Origin: Felis catus
Lineage: Eukaryota
Assembly: GCF_018350175.1 (NCBI RefSeq)
Contig: NC_058368.1
Coordinates: 38,752,001-38,816,000 of the forward strand
DNA: 64,000 nt
Direction: 5' to 3'
Shown: one piece after another, positions 40,651 through 53,836 of the stretch
Layout of the letters: the number at the start of each line of letters is the position of its first letter
How positions within the stretch are numbered: the stretch's first letter is position 1
Notes under the pieces: model-generated
The model's database searches: none
Seen by the model: only the letters and a program-made list of their open reading frames with translations
What the model was told of the DNA's origin: nothing
Translations under genes and position numbers: made by a program

Positions 40651-42239
40651 CTAGAGTTGTATTTTAAATTAATCTGCTTATTCAACAGTCTGATGGCCAC
40701 TGCATATGATGGGCTATAGATTCCCAATTTTCTGAAGGTAATGAGATCATTACCACATTTAATTTCAAATGAGTCGAATGCTAAACACAGTTTCCCAATC
40801 TTTAGATTTGGTGCATAGGTCAAACTTTGTTGACCCATGATTTGGAGAAACAAAATGGGTTTCTTACTGAATTGTAAGGGCATGACCCCAGAAATTCTCT
40901 TTGAGTTGACTCTTAATAAACTGTCTAGGACCAGGGACTCTCATTCCCTGAAGTGGATTCTTTATAGCTGAACTTCACATAGTACCAGAAACTACCCCCT
41001 ACTCCACTATTGGGCATGAACCCAATCACATCTTCCCTTGGGTTTTCAGTTGCTGGTAACTGTAATTATTAGCAGTTGTTCTTGCTAGTAAGTGTCCAAA
41101 CCCATTAAATGACATAACATTTTGAATGTGTCTCTCAGTAGGAGTTGGATATCATTTGTGAAGTAATTGTTACCTTACTTGAAAGTTTAGAGCTTTTTTG
41201 TATTTATCCTCATAAAATTAACATTTTAGCACTTTCCAGCCTGTATTGTTTGTTAACAAATTCTACATTTTCTTAAAAAGTATGCTAGAAGCATGCATTG
41301 TGACTGTCAGAGTTAAGTAGAAAAAATGAGCCAGCATTCCATCAGTCTTGAAAATAGTCACCCAACTTTCAATACAAGCTGAATGCATTTAGGGATTATA
41401 CCATTTGTATCATCCAGGAAATAGGTATTGTTTCCCTTTCCCAAATTATTAAATTTGTCTGTGGCTTTATATACCTTGCAGAGTTTTACATTATAAGAAA
41501 TCATAAAATTTACTGTGTACATGTTAACAAGTGAGTGATATTAAAACATAGATAAATGTAAAATTAACAAAGGAAAATCATATATCACTGCTACATGACA
41601 ATTGTAATCTGTTTTATTTCATATGCCCTTTAAGTCACTTATATATGTATATATTATATATAATGTATATAAATTATATATATACTGTAATTGTAAACAT
41701 GTTCTGCAAGTTGCACAATAAGGAATTTTATTTACTATGTCACATATATTTAGTAATGTGTATTCTAACAGACTGCATGATATTGAATAAAACAGATATA
41801 AATATGTCCTAGCTTTGGTTCACAGTTCTGTTTGCAGATATCTCAGTATAGGGTTAAAATTTTGCATTTGACACATTACACAGTTCATATTGAAATGTAT
41901 TTTAAGATTAATTTATATATCTTACCTGGTCAGATAATCTAATGTTTACATTAGATTAGAAACTTTATGGGTCTGAAGTAAAATGGGTTGAACTCTCTTT
42001 GACTTGATTTTTCCATAAGAGGGGTCATCAGCCAAGTTTATGATGTAAATTTGAATTGTTCTGCAATGCTCTTTGTGCCAAATTTCCTCCTGATGAGTTT
42101 GTCACTATATATTAACATGTTAGGAAAAATGATGCTTTTACTTTTAGTCATTCCAACTTAAAGATCATTTCCTTTTTTTTTCCCCAATAGGCATATTAGT
42201 GTATTGAAATGATACCAGCAGTATGATTGACAAGGTAAG

Positions 42240-42420
42240 CATGTGAATCCTGGCTTTACCACTTTAAGTAGAGCAGTCTTCCAGAAATTAGTCACATTAT
42301 TCATTTTAAAAATCTGGATGATAACTCCTACTTCAGAGGATTATATTAGAGACAAAACAGTATATCTGAAAGCCCCTCCCTTATTGCCCACTACATGATG
42401 TAAATTCAAAAAATATTACT
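42240..42420. mobile_element. MIR
   Basis: gaatcctggctttaccactt...gataactcctacttcagaggatt. Confidence 0.5.
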
Positions 42421-42555
42421 CGTGAAGTTTTAACCCCCATTATTTTGAATTTGTAATAAAATGAAGCAATATTACTGACTCAATAACCCACACGGTTTAT
42501 GTATTAGAAATGTAACTTTAGTTATACTGAGTGTGATTTAAAAAACATGCCTACC

Positions 42556-42774
42556 GGGGCGCCTGGGTGGCGCGGTCGGTTAAGCGTCCGACTTCAACCA
42601 GGTCACGATCTCGCGGTCCGTGAGTTCGGGCCCCGCATCGGGCTCTGGGCTGATGGCTCAGAGCCTGGAGCCTGTTTCCGATTCTGTGTCTCCCTCTCTC
42701 TCTGCCCCTCCCCCGTTCATGCTCTGTCTCTCTCTGTCCCAAAAATAAATAAACGTTGAAAAAAAAAATTAAAA
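42556..42774 (+). mobile_element. Young SINEC_Fc
   Basis: CpG-intact ggggcgcctgggtggcgcggtcggttaagcgtccg; perfect TSD aaaaaacatgcctacc at 42540-42555 and 42775-42790. Confidence 0.97.
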
Positions 42775-44737
42775 AAAAAACATGCCTACCAGTAATAGTA
42801 GAGACTGTTGGTTCCATGATTCAGAATATGAGATTAATTTTTAAAAATCAGTTTATGCACACACAAACACACATGCACACATAATAGGGAGAGTGTAGCT
42901 GATGCTGCCTCACTTTTCACAGTGAAGTTGGGGATTAGTACCTGCTCTTTTTTTGTGATCTTTCATTTGCAGAGACATTGTAATACTGAACTTAGTCTGA
43001 TGACTTACTGGACATACGTCTGTTTTTTTGATTCTCAATTAAGCCGCAGGTTGCTGGCCTTACTGTCAACTATAGTTTTGTTGCTTTCTTTTTCATATGC
43101 ATTATCTGTCTGATTAACATTTTAGGTAAAGGTTAGGTTTTCAATAAGAAAATTGATACATTTATTTTCTTTAGATAGCTTCAAAAGCTACGTTGGGTTT
43201 AAGAATTCATCAACTCTAGACCAGAGTCTTGCATGTTTTAAGAATGCTGATTTGATATTTCTGTGCACATTGTTATTAATTGCTCTGTAAAATGGTTCCA
43301 AGTAAAACTCTCATGCATACCTATTACTCATCTATATTTCATAGTTTAATACACTTTTCTAGAAAGTCTTAATGTTTTGTTTTAGTGCTTAAATTGAAAT
43401 AATAGATTAAAACCTTGGATATAATTAGCAAACATTTTTGTAGTTGTGCAAAGGTAAACTAAAAGACATTTATGTGCTTAGTTCCAACTCTAATGGAGAG
43501 CAAATTACATTTTTATTGAAAATGTATTAAATAGCGGAATATATCTTTGTCTCTAAAATATAATATTATCCCTTATTGTCTACTATGAGATAAAGTGAAA
43601 TTATACATAATAAAGCTTACACATAATGCATTTTAGTAACAATTCAGTTCCTAATTTAAATTTGTAATTCTACATGAGAATTTCTATAGGTAGGTGACGT
43701 ATTACTTTGTGGAATTTGAGGCCTGTACCACAGTTATGATACTGTTGTTGCCAACATTGTACATTACTTATGGAGTAGTTTGAATAAACCAAGCCTTTGA
43801 AAATTAATTCTAATTATCAGATCATTAGTCGGGCCTCATTATATCATTAGTTGTGCCTTATATCTTTCATTGAAATGAAAGATAATATTTTGACTACCAA
43901 CCATGTAGTTGATGAAGTTAACATTTTGTTAAAAATATAAGCGATTGCCTTGAGGTCTTATGCTGATTGTGGGTGGAAGCAATAATCGTGATATAAAATG
44001 ACCTTTACATACAACATACACAGTTATAGATTATACATAATAAACTGTACATACAACTCAATATTGAACATATATAAACAATACATGTGTATGATATACA
44101 TACCATATGATGAACAGACATTTATTTCACAGTTCAATAAATGTCAAAATGTACACATTTAAGTAGTCCTCAGTCAAATCCAGATGCATTCCGGAAAGTC
44201 GCCTCATGGCTTCCCTTTTACTCTCCAAAGTAAACAGTGATCTGTTTTACTGTGGAAATGGAATCATACAACACATACTGTTTTGTATTTGAATTCTTCT
44301 TTCAGCATAATGACTTTGAAATCCATTCATGCTTTTGCAATTTTCTGCTTTTTATTTTTTAAGTTTCTGAGCAGTGTTCCATGGAATGGGTACCAGTTTG
44401 TTTATTCATTCATCTGTTGGTGGATAACTGGGCTGTTTTCAGTTTTTGCTATCATAAATAAAGTTGTCATGACAATTTGTCTGAATGTTTGTATGTGTGT
44501 TTGTATGTTGCTGTTTTCCTGTGGACATCTGTTTTTATTTCTCTTTGGTGAATGCCTGGGGTGTACAATTGTTAGATCATATGGTAACTGTATATTTAAC
44601 TAAAGAAAGTATCAAACTGTTTTCTACAATTGCTTTACTAGCTTTAGAGTTCTACCAGCAATGTATGAATGTTGGAGTTTTCTAAAACCTAGCCAATATT
44701 TGGTACTATCGTTCTTTGAATTTTTAATTGTAGTCAA

Positions 44738-44935
44738 GTTTTAATTTTTTTGAGAGAGAGAGAAAGGGAGAATGCAAACAATGGAGGGGCAGAGGGAGAG
44801 GGAGAGAGAGAATCTTAAGCAGACTGTGTGCCCAGCACAGAGCCTGATGCTGAGCTCAATCTCACAATAGTGAGATCATGACCTGAGCCAAAATCAAGAG
44901 TCAGACACTTAACCAGCTGAGCCACCGGGGTGCCC
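44738..44935 (-). mobile_element. Can-SINE (older type)
   Basis: ...gagccaaaatcaagagtcagacacttaaccagctgagccaccggggtgccc. Confidence 0.9.
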
Positions 44936-45380
44936 TCACATTGGGTATTTTAAATTGTACTTACTGGGTTCAAAATCCTAGCTAAAATATTTTATGTGTT
45001 TATAAATATTTCTGGACTTGATTTGTTGATATTTTTGATAATATTTGTTGAGAATTTGTTGCCAGCGTTCATAAAGAGTAACGTTCTTATGTGAGATCTT
45101 TGTCAGTTTTTGGTATCCTGGTAATATTGTCTTCATAAAATGACTGAAACAGAATCTCATTCATTTTTACTTTCTGAAGGGCTTTGTATGCTATTTATTT
45201 GTTTTTTCCTCAAAATGTTTGGCACAAGTCACTAGTGAATTCATATGGGGATTTGATTGTCTTTATAAGAAAATACTTGATTTAATATATTTGCTGGCTA
45301 TAGGAATATTCAGGTTATCTTCTGCATCAAAATTTAGTTGTATTTTTTAAGGACTTGTTCATTGTTGTTAAGCTGCATTT

Positions 45381-45405
45381 AGAAAAAATAATGTTATTTA
45401 GTTTT

Positions 45406-45440
<35 letters not shown>

Positions 45441-45604
45441 ACACGAACAGAGGAGGGGCAGAGAGAGAGAGGGAGACACAGAATCCGAAGCAGCCTCCAG
45501 GCTCTGAGCTGTCAGCACAGAGCCCGACGCGGGGCTCGAACCCACGGACCATGAGATCATGACCTGAGTCAGATGCTCAGCCCACTGAGCCACCCAGGCA
45601 CCTC
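45381..45604 (-). mobile_element. Can-SINE
   Basis: (GA)n; ...gagccacccaggcacctc. Confidence 0.95.
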
Positions 45605-47439
45605 TAAGTTGTGTTTTTTAAAGACTTGTTCATTTTATTTATTTATTTATTTTTGGCAAAAATGTTACCATGATTTTGATCATAGTGTTTTGTGGGGGTT
45701 TTTTTTCTTTGTATTTTTAATGGCTGTAGGAGTTCTAGTGATACCCTCTTTCATTCCTGTTACCAAATGCACCTTCATGGGTATGTTTCTCTTTTGCCTT
45801 CATTAGCATTTGTACAGTTTTAACCATTTTATGGAATTTTTCCAAGAACTAAATTTTGGCCTCTTAAAACATTCTTTTCTTCTACCTATTTTGGTTTTAA
45901 TTAGCTGTTCTTATTTCTTTTTTGTTTGTTTGTTTCTTAATATTCCATTACATCATAAATTTTAAGTTTTTTTTCTTTCCCAAGTTAAGAAAAGTTATAA
46001 TTTCCTCACTATGCCCTACTTTAGCTGTATCCTGCTTACTACCTTCTTCAGGAGTCTATAAAGGTAGGGCACGGTGGATGCAGCACCTGAAAGTAAGCAT
46101 GAGGAGGCCTGGACATTGAGTCCTGCCATGTTGAAGACGTGAGGGAAATACCTTGGTCACTTCACAGATTCTTCCTAACAGCATAAGGTTAAATCTGACC
46201 CTCATTATCTCTCTTCTGTTCTCAATTCTGTAGCATTCTCTTTCTGGTAAGTCTTGTGTGGCTCCCTCTGTCAGCTTTAGCAGCCCCCCACCCAGGGCTC
46301 AAGGGGAATAGTCTTACAGACTACTTTTTGACTTCCCCTTCCTGCTTCACAGCGCCTGCACTGTTGTCCACAGATAACAGAAATGTCTGGGTCCCCAGCT
46401 CTAATCTGTCTCCTCTGTTCAGGGGCACCACCCTGTTAAGCTTGAAATTTGGCATCTTCCACTAAAGGTCTCCAATGTCTTCCGTTAGAGAACCTCAGTA
46501 ATAATGGGGTTCTTCACAGAAGTTTCCTTCCCTTGTGAATCACAGTTTTATGGTTCTTGCTGCCTCAAAACAGTTTTCTCTGATATTTTGTCCAGTGCTG
46601 TGGTTTGTTTACCTTGGGTGCTGGCCCAACACCAGCTCTTCCATCATAGTGGAAGCAGATGTCACTCTAGATGACTTTTAATTATTTAACTTAAAAGACT
46701 TTCAACAGAAACTTAAGGTGGTGAAATTAATTGTGAGTTGTTAATAGACCTACTACCAGAAATTAATAAGTAGATAATTACTATAATTCTATTGCAATTT
46801 ATGTTTTCTAATGTCTAAATCTTGCCATCATTTTCCACTGTGAACAAATAAAACAGTACTCTAATGGACTTCCAAATCCTCTGTTTTGTTTTCTAGTATC
46901 AGTGAGGAAAAAATATTTTCAAGGAGAAAGAAAACTTTCATACATTTTAGAGAAGCACCAGTATAGAATGTTACAGCTTGTTTGAATGGTGATTTTAATT
47001 TATAAGTAGTAATTTGATTCACCTACCAAGGCACTAAAATCTTTAATAGAACTTGCACTGTCATTATTATTCATTATTCATAAAGTGATGTAAATGGAAA
47101 TAGTGTCTCAGAAAGGTTAGCATACAGATAAATCCATGCCCTAAAGAACTTATAATTTTAAAATCCTTTCAACAAGCTCCCCACCACCCAACCCCTGGGC
47201 ACTCATTAGAATCAGACAGCTTGTGAGCACTATTCCATTTGGCTTTGACAGTATAAAGAAGTCCAACTAAATAGAAGCTATAATATAATTCAAAAGTGTG
47301 TTTTCAAATTTGAAAGCAAAACTGTAATACTCTTAGGATCCACATTATCTTCTTAGGTTTAAAGTGGATATAAATATCAAATGAATGGTTTATAGTATAG
47401 CAGTAGAGTAATATTTTATCTCAAATTTCATATTATACC

Positions 47440-47469
47440 TATTATTATTATTATTATTATTATTATTAT
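47440..47469. repeat. (ATT)n microsatellite
   Basis: direct reading. Confidence 0.95.
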
Positions 47470-48604
47470 GGCAACTAGCAGGAAGTAGAGAAAGAACAAC
47501 TCCTCTAGTACTTGCACATTGGACTGTACTAAATGATTTTAATTTTTGCCTGTGTCTAAATAATTTAATGAGGATCCTTTTCCCTGACTCTGGTTGCTGT
47601 GGATATGTCTATACAATCTTGTATTCCCTTAGTTATTTCTATTTTGTTACTTATACTATATTCAAAAACAAATATGATAAATCAGAGTACTTCAGAATTT
47701 CACAGAAATTAAAAATATCTTGATAAATATTGGAATCATTAAGACAACTTCATTTAAAGTCTGTCTTTCTGAGCAGGGTGGAATGATTACAAAACATTCA
47801 GAGCATGGAAAATCCTTTTCTCGATTTAATTCTGACCTGAGATATCCTACTTAATGCTTTATCATATCAGAGCAATATGGCTTCCATTTTTTAAATGTGT
47901 AAGTGGAGAGTCTGTTTTTTCCTATAGCTACATGAAAAAGTTCTCCTTCAGGAAAATACTAAATCATTTTTAAGAATTGCAATGAGAGAATAAAATTGCC
48001 CCATTTTGTGGAAGTTGGAAGAGTTTCTTTCACCTCTGAGAGTGCAAAAAAAAGCCTCTACCCCCAGCAACACAGGAAGGAGGAAGACAAGGTGGGGGTC
48101 AGGAATTAGGAGATGGAGGCAGGCTTGTGAGTCATTCACTCCTGCTTCTAGGAAGAGTGATCCTCCTTTGTTTCTGATGCTGTTCCAAGCTCCCATCTTC
48201 CTCATTCTTGCCTAGGAGTCATGGTTTAAAAACGGGGATGCTAGCATTACTGACTAAAGTTGGAGATACTAGTTTGATGGTCAAAGATGTTAAAATCTTG
48301 TGTTTCTGTATTATATAATCTGTGACCTCTTTAAGAATACTTTTTATAAAATTACCTTGTGTTCATGCTGTCTCGGCTTTACCCTTTCTGGGGGAATGCT
48401 TCCTCCTACCTGACCGGCATGGTAAACTGGGAGTAAAACTTCCTCTGCATCAGGAGGGCCTTCTCCTATTAGGTAGGGAATTCAGGCCAGTCCTGTAATC
48501 ATATTTGAAAAAAAAATCATTTTATGTTGGTGCTCTCTCCCTGATATTCTTTATTTTCCCCCCATTCATCTTCTGATCATAAAGTTGTAAAACTTCAAGG
48601 GCTA

Positions 48605-50172
48605 AAAGCAGGAAGGAGTCTCCAATGGAAAAAAGACAGTTTCTTCAGCAAATGGTGCTGGGACACAAACATGCAGAAGAATGAAACCGGACCACTTTCT
48701 TACAACATACACAAAAATAATTTCAAAATGGATGAAAGACCTAAACTGAGACAGGAAACCATCAAAACCCTAGAGGAGAAAGCAGGCAACAACCTCTTTG
48801 ACTTCAGCTGCAGCAATTTCTGACTTGACCCATCTCCAAAGGCAAGGGAATTAAAAGCAAAAACGAACTATTGGGACCTCATCAAGATAAAAAAAAAACT
48901 TCTGTACTGCAAAGGAAACAATCAACAAAACTGAAAGACAACTGATGGAATGGGAAAATATATTTGCAAATGACATATCAGATAAAGGGCTAGTATCCAA
49001 AATCTATAAAGAACTCACCAAATGCCACATCCGAAAAACAAATAATCCGGTGAAGAAATGGGCATAAGACATCAATAGACACTTTTCCAAAAAAGATATC
49101 CAGATGGCAAACAGACACATACATCATCAGGGAAATACAAATCAAAACCACAAAGAGATCCCACCTCACCTGTCAGAATGACTGAAATTAACAACTCAGG
49201 AAACAACAGATGTTGGTGAGGGAGATGTGGAGAAAGGGGAACCCTACTGCATTGTTGGTGGGAATGCAAACTGGGCAGTCTCTCTGGAAAACAGTATGGA
49301 GGTTCCTCAAAAAATTAAAAATAGAACTACCCTATGACCCAGAAATTGCATACTACTAGGTATTTATCCAAAGGATGCAAAAATACTGATTCAAAGGGTC
49401 ACATGTACCCCAATGTTTATATCAGTGCTGTCATCAATAGCCAAATTATGGAAAGAGCTCAAATGTCCATCAACTGCTGAATGGATAAAGAAAATGTGGT
49501 GTATATATATACAATGGAATACTACTCAGCTATGATAAAGAATGAAATCTTGCCATTTGCAACTACATGGATGGAACTGGAGGGTATTATGCTAAGTGAA
49601 ATAAGTCAGTCAGAGAAAGACAGATATGGGACACCTGGATGGCTCAGTCATTTAAGCCTCCAACTTCGGCTCAGGTCATGATATCATGGTCCTTGAGTTT
49701 GAGCCCTGTGTCGGGCTCTGTGCTAACAGCTTGCAGCCTGCAGCCTGCTGCCTGCTTGAGATTCTTTGTCTCCCTCTCTCTGCCCCTCCCCCATTCACAG
49801 TCTGCCTGTCTGACTGTCTCTCTCTCTCTGTCTCAAAAATAAACATTAAAAGTTTTGTAAAAAAGAAAGGTATCATAAGATTTAACTCATGTGGAATTTA
49901 AGAAAATTAACAGATGAACAAGGGGAAGAGAAGGAAAAATAAGATAAAAACAGATTGGCAAACCATGAGACTCTTCAAGAGTCTCTCCAAGAGAACAAGC
50001 TGAGGGTGTAGGTAGGTGGAGGGGTGAGTTAAATGGGTGATGGGCATTAAGGAGGGCACTTTTAGGGTTGAGCCCTGGGATGTCATATGTAAGAGACAAA
50101 TCACTGGGTTCTACTCCTGAAGCCAAAACTACACTATATGTTAACTAACTTGAGAGGGGGAAAAAAAAAAAG
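48605..50172 (+). mobile_element. Carnivore/feline L1, 5'-truncated (ORF2 3' part and 3'UTR), disrupted
   Basis: ccaatggaaaaaagacag...aaatggtgctggg; remnant YTMEYYSAMIKNEILPFATTWMELEGIMLSEISQSEKD; poly-A at ~50161-50171. Confidence 0.95.
49628..49862 (+). mobile_element. Can-SINE nested in L1
   Basis: gggacacctggatggctcagtc head; L1 resumes with tatcataagattt. Confidence 0.95.
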
Positions 50173-50623
50173 ATGTAGGCCTAATAGAAGGCTTGGGACA
50201 TCAAGATCAGATGTGGAATTGACTCACTTAGGGTCTCCATTTCAGACTTTGGGACAAAGCATTCCAGCAATTAACAGTATGCTTTTGTTTGGACCATCCC
50301 TTATGCTGTTGAGTTCCTAAATCTGGTGGAAGGGAGTGAGTAGAGAATTTAGAGAATACAAGGTTCTTGATCTTGCTAAAATCCTTTACTACAGAAGAGC
50401 TAACAAGAGCTAAGAACTTTATTGCAAGTTGTTAATTATTGTGTTAACAGCAAGTTATTTCAATTATGGGTTTCTTTTCTTCTAAATGAAGTGTAACAAC
50501 TATAAAGTTGACTCTCCAGTGTTGTGATAATACAAACTCCAAAATGTTACACTTGCCAGGGTTTTAAGAAAGTTCTACAATAGGACTTCATAGTGGGGAA
50601 AGTGCTAAAAACTGCTTAATTTA

Positions 50624-50845
50624 ATTTAATTTAATTTAATTTAATTTTTAAGTTTATTCCTTTATTTAGAGAGAGAGAGCACAAGCAGGGAGGAGCAGAG
50701 AGAGAGGAGAGGGAGAGAATCCCAAACAGTCTCTGTACTGTCAGCACAGAGCATGACTCAAGGCTTGAACCCACGAACTGTGATACCATGACCTGGGCCA
50801 AACCAAGAGTTGGACAGTCAACTGACTGAGCCACCCAGGCACCCC
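50624..50845 (-). mobile_element. Can-SINE
   Basis: actgcttWattt flanks; (TTAAT)n tail. Confidence 0.95.
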
Positions 50846-51357
50846 AAGACTGCTTTATTTATTTTAATACATTGAGATACATTCTAATAAAATGTTAATA
50901 ATTACTGCATATGGCACAATAGTTATAATGTAATATTAAGTGAGAGTAAATTATAAGCAATTCATGCAATGTGATAATTTCTTAATATAATTAAATCTCT
51001 ATATCTATATGTGATATGTATAAGTTTTAAGGTCTCCACAGCCTTGAAAATTGTAATATATAAACTATTGAATGTACAGGATTTTGTTGATTTTTGAGCT
51101 CTACATTTTCTTACATTGTATATTCCAATGTCAGGGTAATAACAGATACTCTATTATCGTTTAATAGGTAGAGTTTTTCTGTTTAACTCAGTGGTACATT
51201 TCAATATCACTGACATCTTAGATTGAATAAAATGTTATTTTGAATCAGCTTTTCTCCAGTTCTGCCGGTAACAAAATACTGTTTAGCCACTTTTTCTCAT
51301 TCCTGCACAATTCCTTTTTGTTTATAATCTTAGACATTTTCTTTTATGGTTCTATAT

Positions 51358-51493
51358 CAGTGGCTGTTGCTCCAGAAGTGATTTTGCTGCCTAGAGGACA
51401 ATTGTCATTGTCCCGAGACGTTTATGATTGTCACAAAAGTATCCAAAAGTATATGGTCTAATTTGTCAATAGTACCAAGTTTGAAAAGTTCTG
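51358..51493 (+). mobile_element. MER20-like hAT MITE, internally deleted
   Basis: cagtgg...gtgattttgctgcctagaggacaattg...tgtcaatagtaccaagtttgaaaagttctg. Confidence 0.7.
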
Positions 51494-51694
51494 TTGCCAG
51501 GAGCAAAATCACCCCCACAAAATCATTCAGACTCTGGGGTATGAGTCACATATGTGAGGGTGTGGCTTTTCACCATTCCAGATAAAACAAAAACAAACAA
51601 AACAACAACAGTGGAAATCTCTCAACTCATTATAGGAGTGGTACAGTAAAATACATAAACTGTCACACTATTTTTACTGAAATATGGATTTTTT

Positions 51695-51852
51695 ACTTAA
51701 ACTCTCTATGGAGTCACCTGGAAAGTTATGAAAATGCTGGCTCAGTCCCATCTCCAGAGATTATGAGGTAGCTGGTCTGGAGAGTTGTTCTGGGCTTTAA
51801 GATTATTGTTAAAGTTCCCAAGGTGATACTAAGTCAAGATTAAGATGCACTT
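51695..51852. mobile_element. MER5A-like MITE
   Basis: gagtcacctgg...ctccagagatt...ggtctgg...cccaaggtgat. Confidence 0.6.
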
Positions 51853-52399
51853 CCTTGAGGTCTTTTATAACCAGCTGGAATATTTGTTTCATCAGAATCA
51901 GCTTACTTTGGAATTACGATTTAATATGAAGATGGCAACCATTGAATTCACATATTTGAGTAAATGACATTTATTGTTCATTAGTTTTCTGACAACTCCC
52001 TAGTGGAGGAAATGATGGCCTCAATTCTTACACTCTTGGAGCAACTCTCAGAAAAGAACACATTGAGGAGTCAATCCTATATATGTTACTGTTCACAAGT
52101 ACCATGCAATCAGTGAAAGATAAGAGAAATATCTTATTTTTGTTAGATAAATACCCAATGCCCTGATGAGGTTGCTGTGATTTTTAGGTGGCATATTTTC
52201 CTACTGTGCATTCCTTAATGGAAACTTACAAAAATACTGTGCCAATTTTAGAGATTGGTGTGATTGCATAATTTTTTTTTATTTTTCTTAAATATCTCAA
52301 ATTCTCAAATTATCTATATTATTTTTACATATATGTATATATTTATTCAGAGGCTGCTTCCATTTGCACAGAAAATGATTCATTGCTTTATACATCTGT

Positions 52400-53260
52400 G
52401 CTGGAGTGAATGACCTTTATTAATTAAACGGTAGATATGTGATAAATTGGAGAGACAAATGACTAATTTGGTGTTAGCTATATTGAGTTTTATTTGCTGG
52501 TAACGATATTTTGGTAGACAGCACCTTTAGGCAGTTAGAAATATATAGAATAGTTTATATGTTCAAATTATTAATATAAATTTAGTAATCTTGTATAATT
52601 AGATGGTGTTAACAATTTAAAACTAAGAGATAATTTTATCTACAGTGGAAAGCTTAAAAGTGAGAGAAGGAAAATGGTGATTGAAGGGATCTGTGAGAAT
52701 CACTGCATCTGGGTAGGGAGAGAAGAGGACAAGTAAGCAGAGAAGGAGCAATGAGAACACAAGGGACATCATCAGTTATCCCTTGCTGCAGAAGACAGTA
52801 GAGGAGGCTGTTTGAAGGTGAATGAGGATAATAAATTAGCAAATGCTAAAAGGCAATTAAAAATGATGACGAGCAGTCAGTGTATTGACTTTAGTATATG
52901 GGAAATTATTGGTGACTTTTGAGATAATTGCTCTAAAAAGAACTGAGTGAGGGATGCCTGGGTGGCTCAGTCAGTTAAGTGTCCAACTTTGGCTCAAGTC
53001 ATGATCTCATGGTTCGTGAGTTTGAGCCCTGCTTTGGATTCTGTGTCTCCCTCTCTCTGCCCCTCCCCCACTCACACTATATCTCTCTGGCGCTCAAAAA
53101 TAAATAAACATTTAAAAAAATTTTTAATCAAATAAAAAGAATTGAGCGAAATGGAAAGAGAAAGAGGAAAAGTGAGAATAAATGGAGGCCCTAGCTACAG
53201 ACTGTGGGACTCACGAGTTGAATAATACAGAAGGAAGAAGAAAGCCAAGTAGTTTGAGGT
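52400..53260 (-). mobile_element. L2, degenerate, interrupted by a SINE
   Basis: gtattgactttagtatatgggaaattattggtgacttttgaga and similar antisense L2 motifs. Confidence 0.55.
52951..53133 (+). mobile_element. Can-SINE with internal deletion
   Basis: TSD aaaaagaaYtgagYga. Confidence 0.95.
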
Positions 53261-53544
53261 GATAGCCATGTGCAAATAAGATACGCATTTGTTTGCTTTT
53301 AAGTATATTATGATGCAATTTTAATATATTTTTTCAACAGTGAACACAGAGCTTATTAGTGAAGAAGAAAGAGGACAAGGGGCCAGTAAAAGCTAAAAAA
53401 AAAATTAAGATTAAAATGTTGAACAGATACTTGCTATACTCTGAATAAATAATTGATAGCATGAATTATTGTTGCACAGTGGTAAGAAGCATTGAAGATA
53501 CCTTAGCTTCGTTAAAAGTAAAGTTAGTTTTTAGCTTTATTGTA

Positions 53545-53836
53545 AGTAAAGGGGGTCAAAAGGTGCAAACTTCCAGTTCAAAATTAATAAGTCATGGGGA
53601 TGTATTGTGTGGCATAGCAACTGTAGTTAATATTGTATTGCTTATTTGCAAGTTGCTAAGAGAGTAGATGTTAAAAGTTCTTATCACAAGAAAAAAATTA
53701 TGTAACTGCATATGGTTACACATGTTAACTAGACTTACTGTGGTGGCCATTTCCCAAAATATACAAATGTTGAATCATTATGTTACATACCTGAAAGTAA
53801 TATAATATGGTACGTCAATTATACCTCAATTAAAAA
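53545..53836 (+). mobile_element. L1MA9-like 3' end
   Basis: gggtcaaaaggtgcaaacttccagtt...gttgctaagagagtagat...gtcaattatacctcaattaaaaa. Confidence 0.85.

Larger units (their letters stand above)
44020..46663 (-). mobile_element. Fragmented old L1M (3' end through 5'-end-like sequence), interrupted by two SINEs
   Basis: aaatggaatcataca...ccagtttgtttattcattcatc...; ggtaatattgtcttcataaaatgac; ends ccatcatagtggaagcagatgtc. Confidence 0.7.

Noticed and set aside
42556..42640. tRNA gene
   Set aside because: The A/B-box-like motifs belong to the tRNA-derived SINE head, which continues into a CT tract, A tail and TSD.
48605..49627. Functional L1 ORF2
   Set aside because: 5'-truncated, interrupted by stops, frameshifts and deletions; only a remnant.
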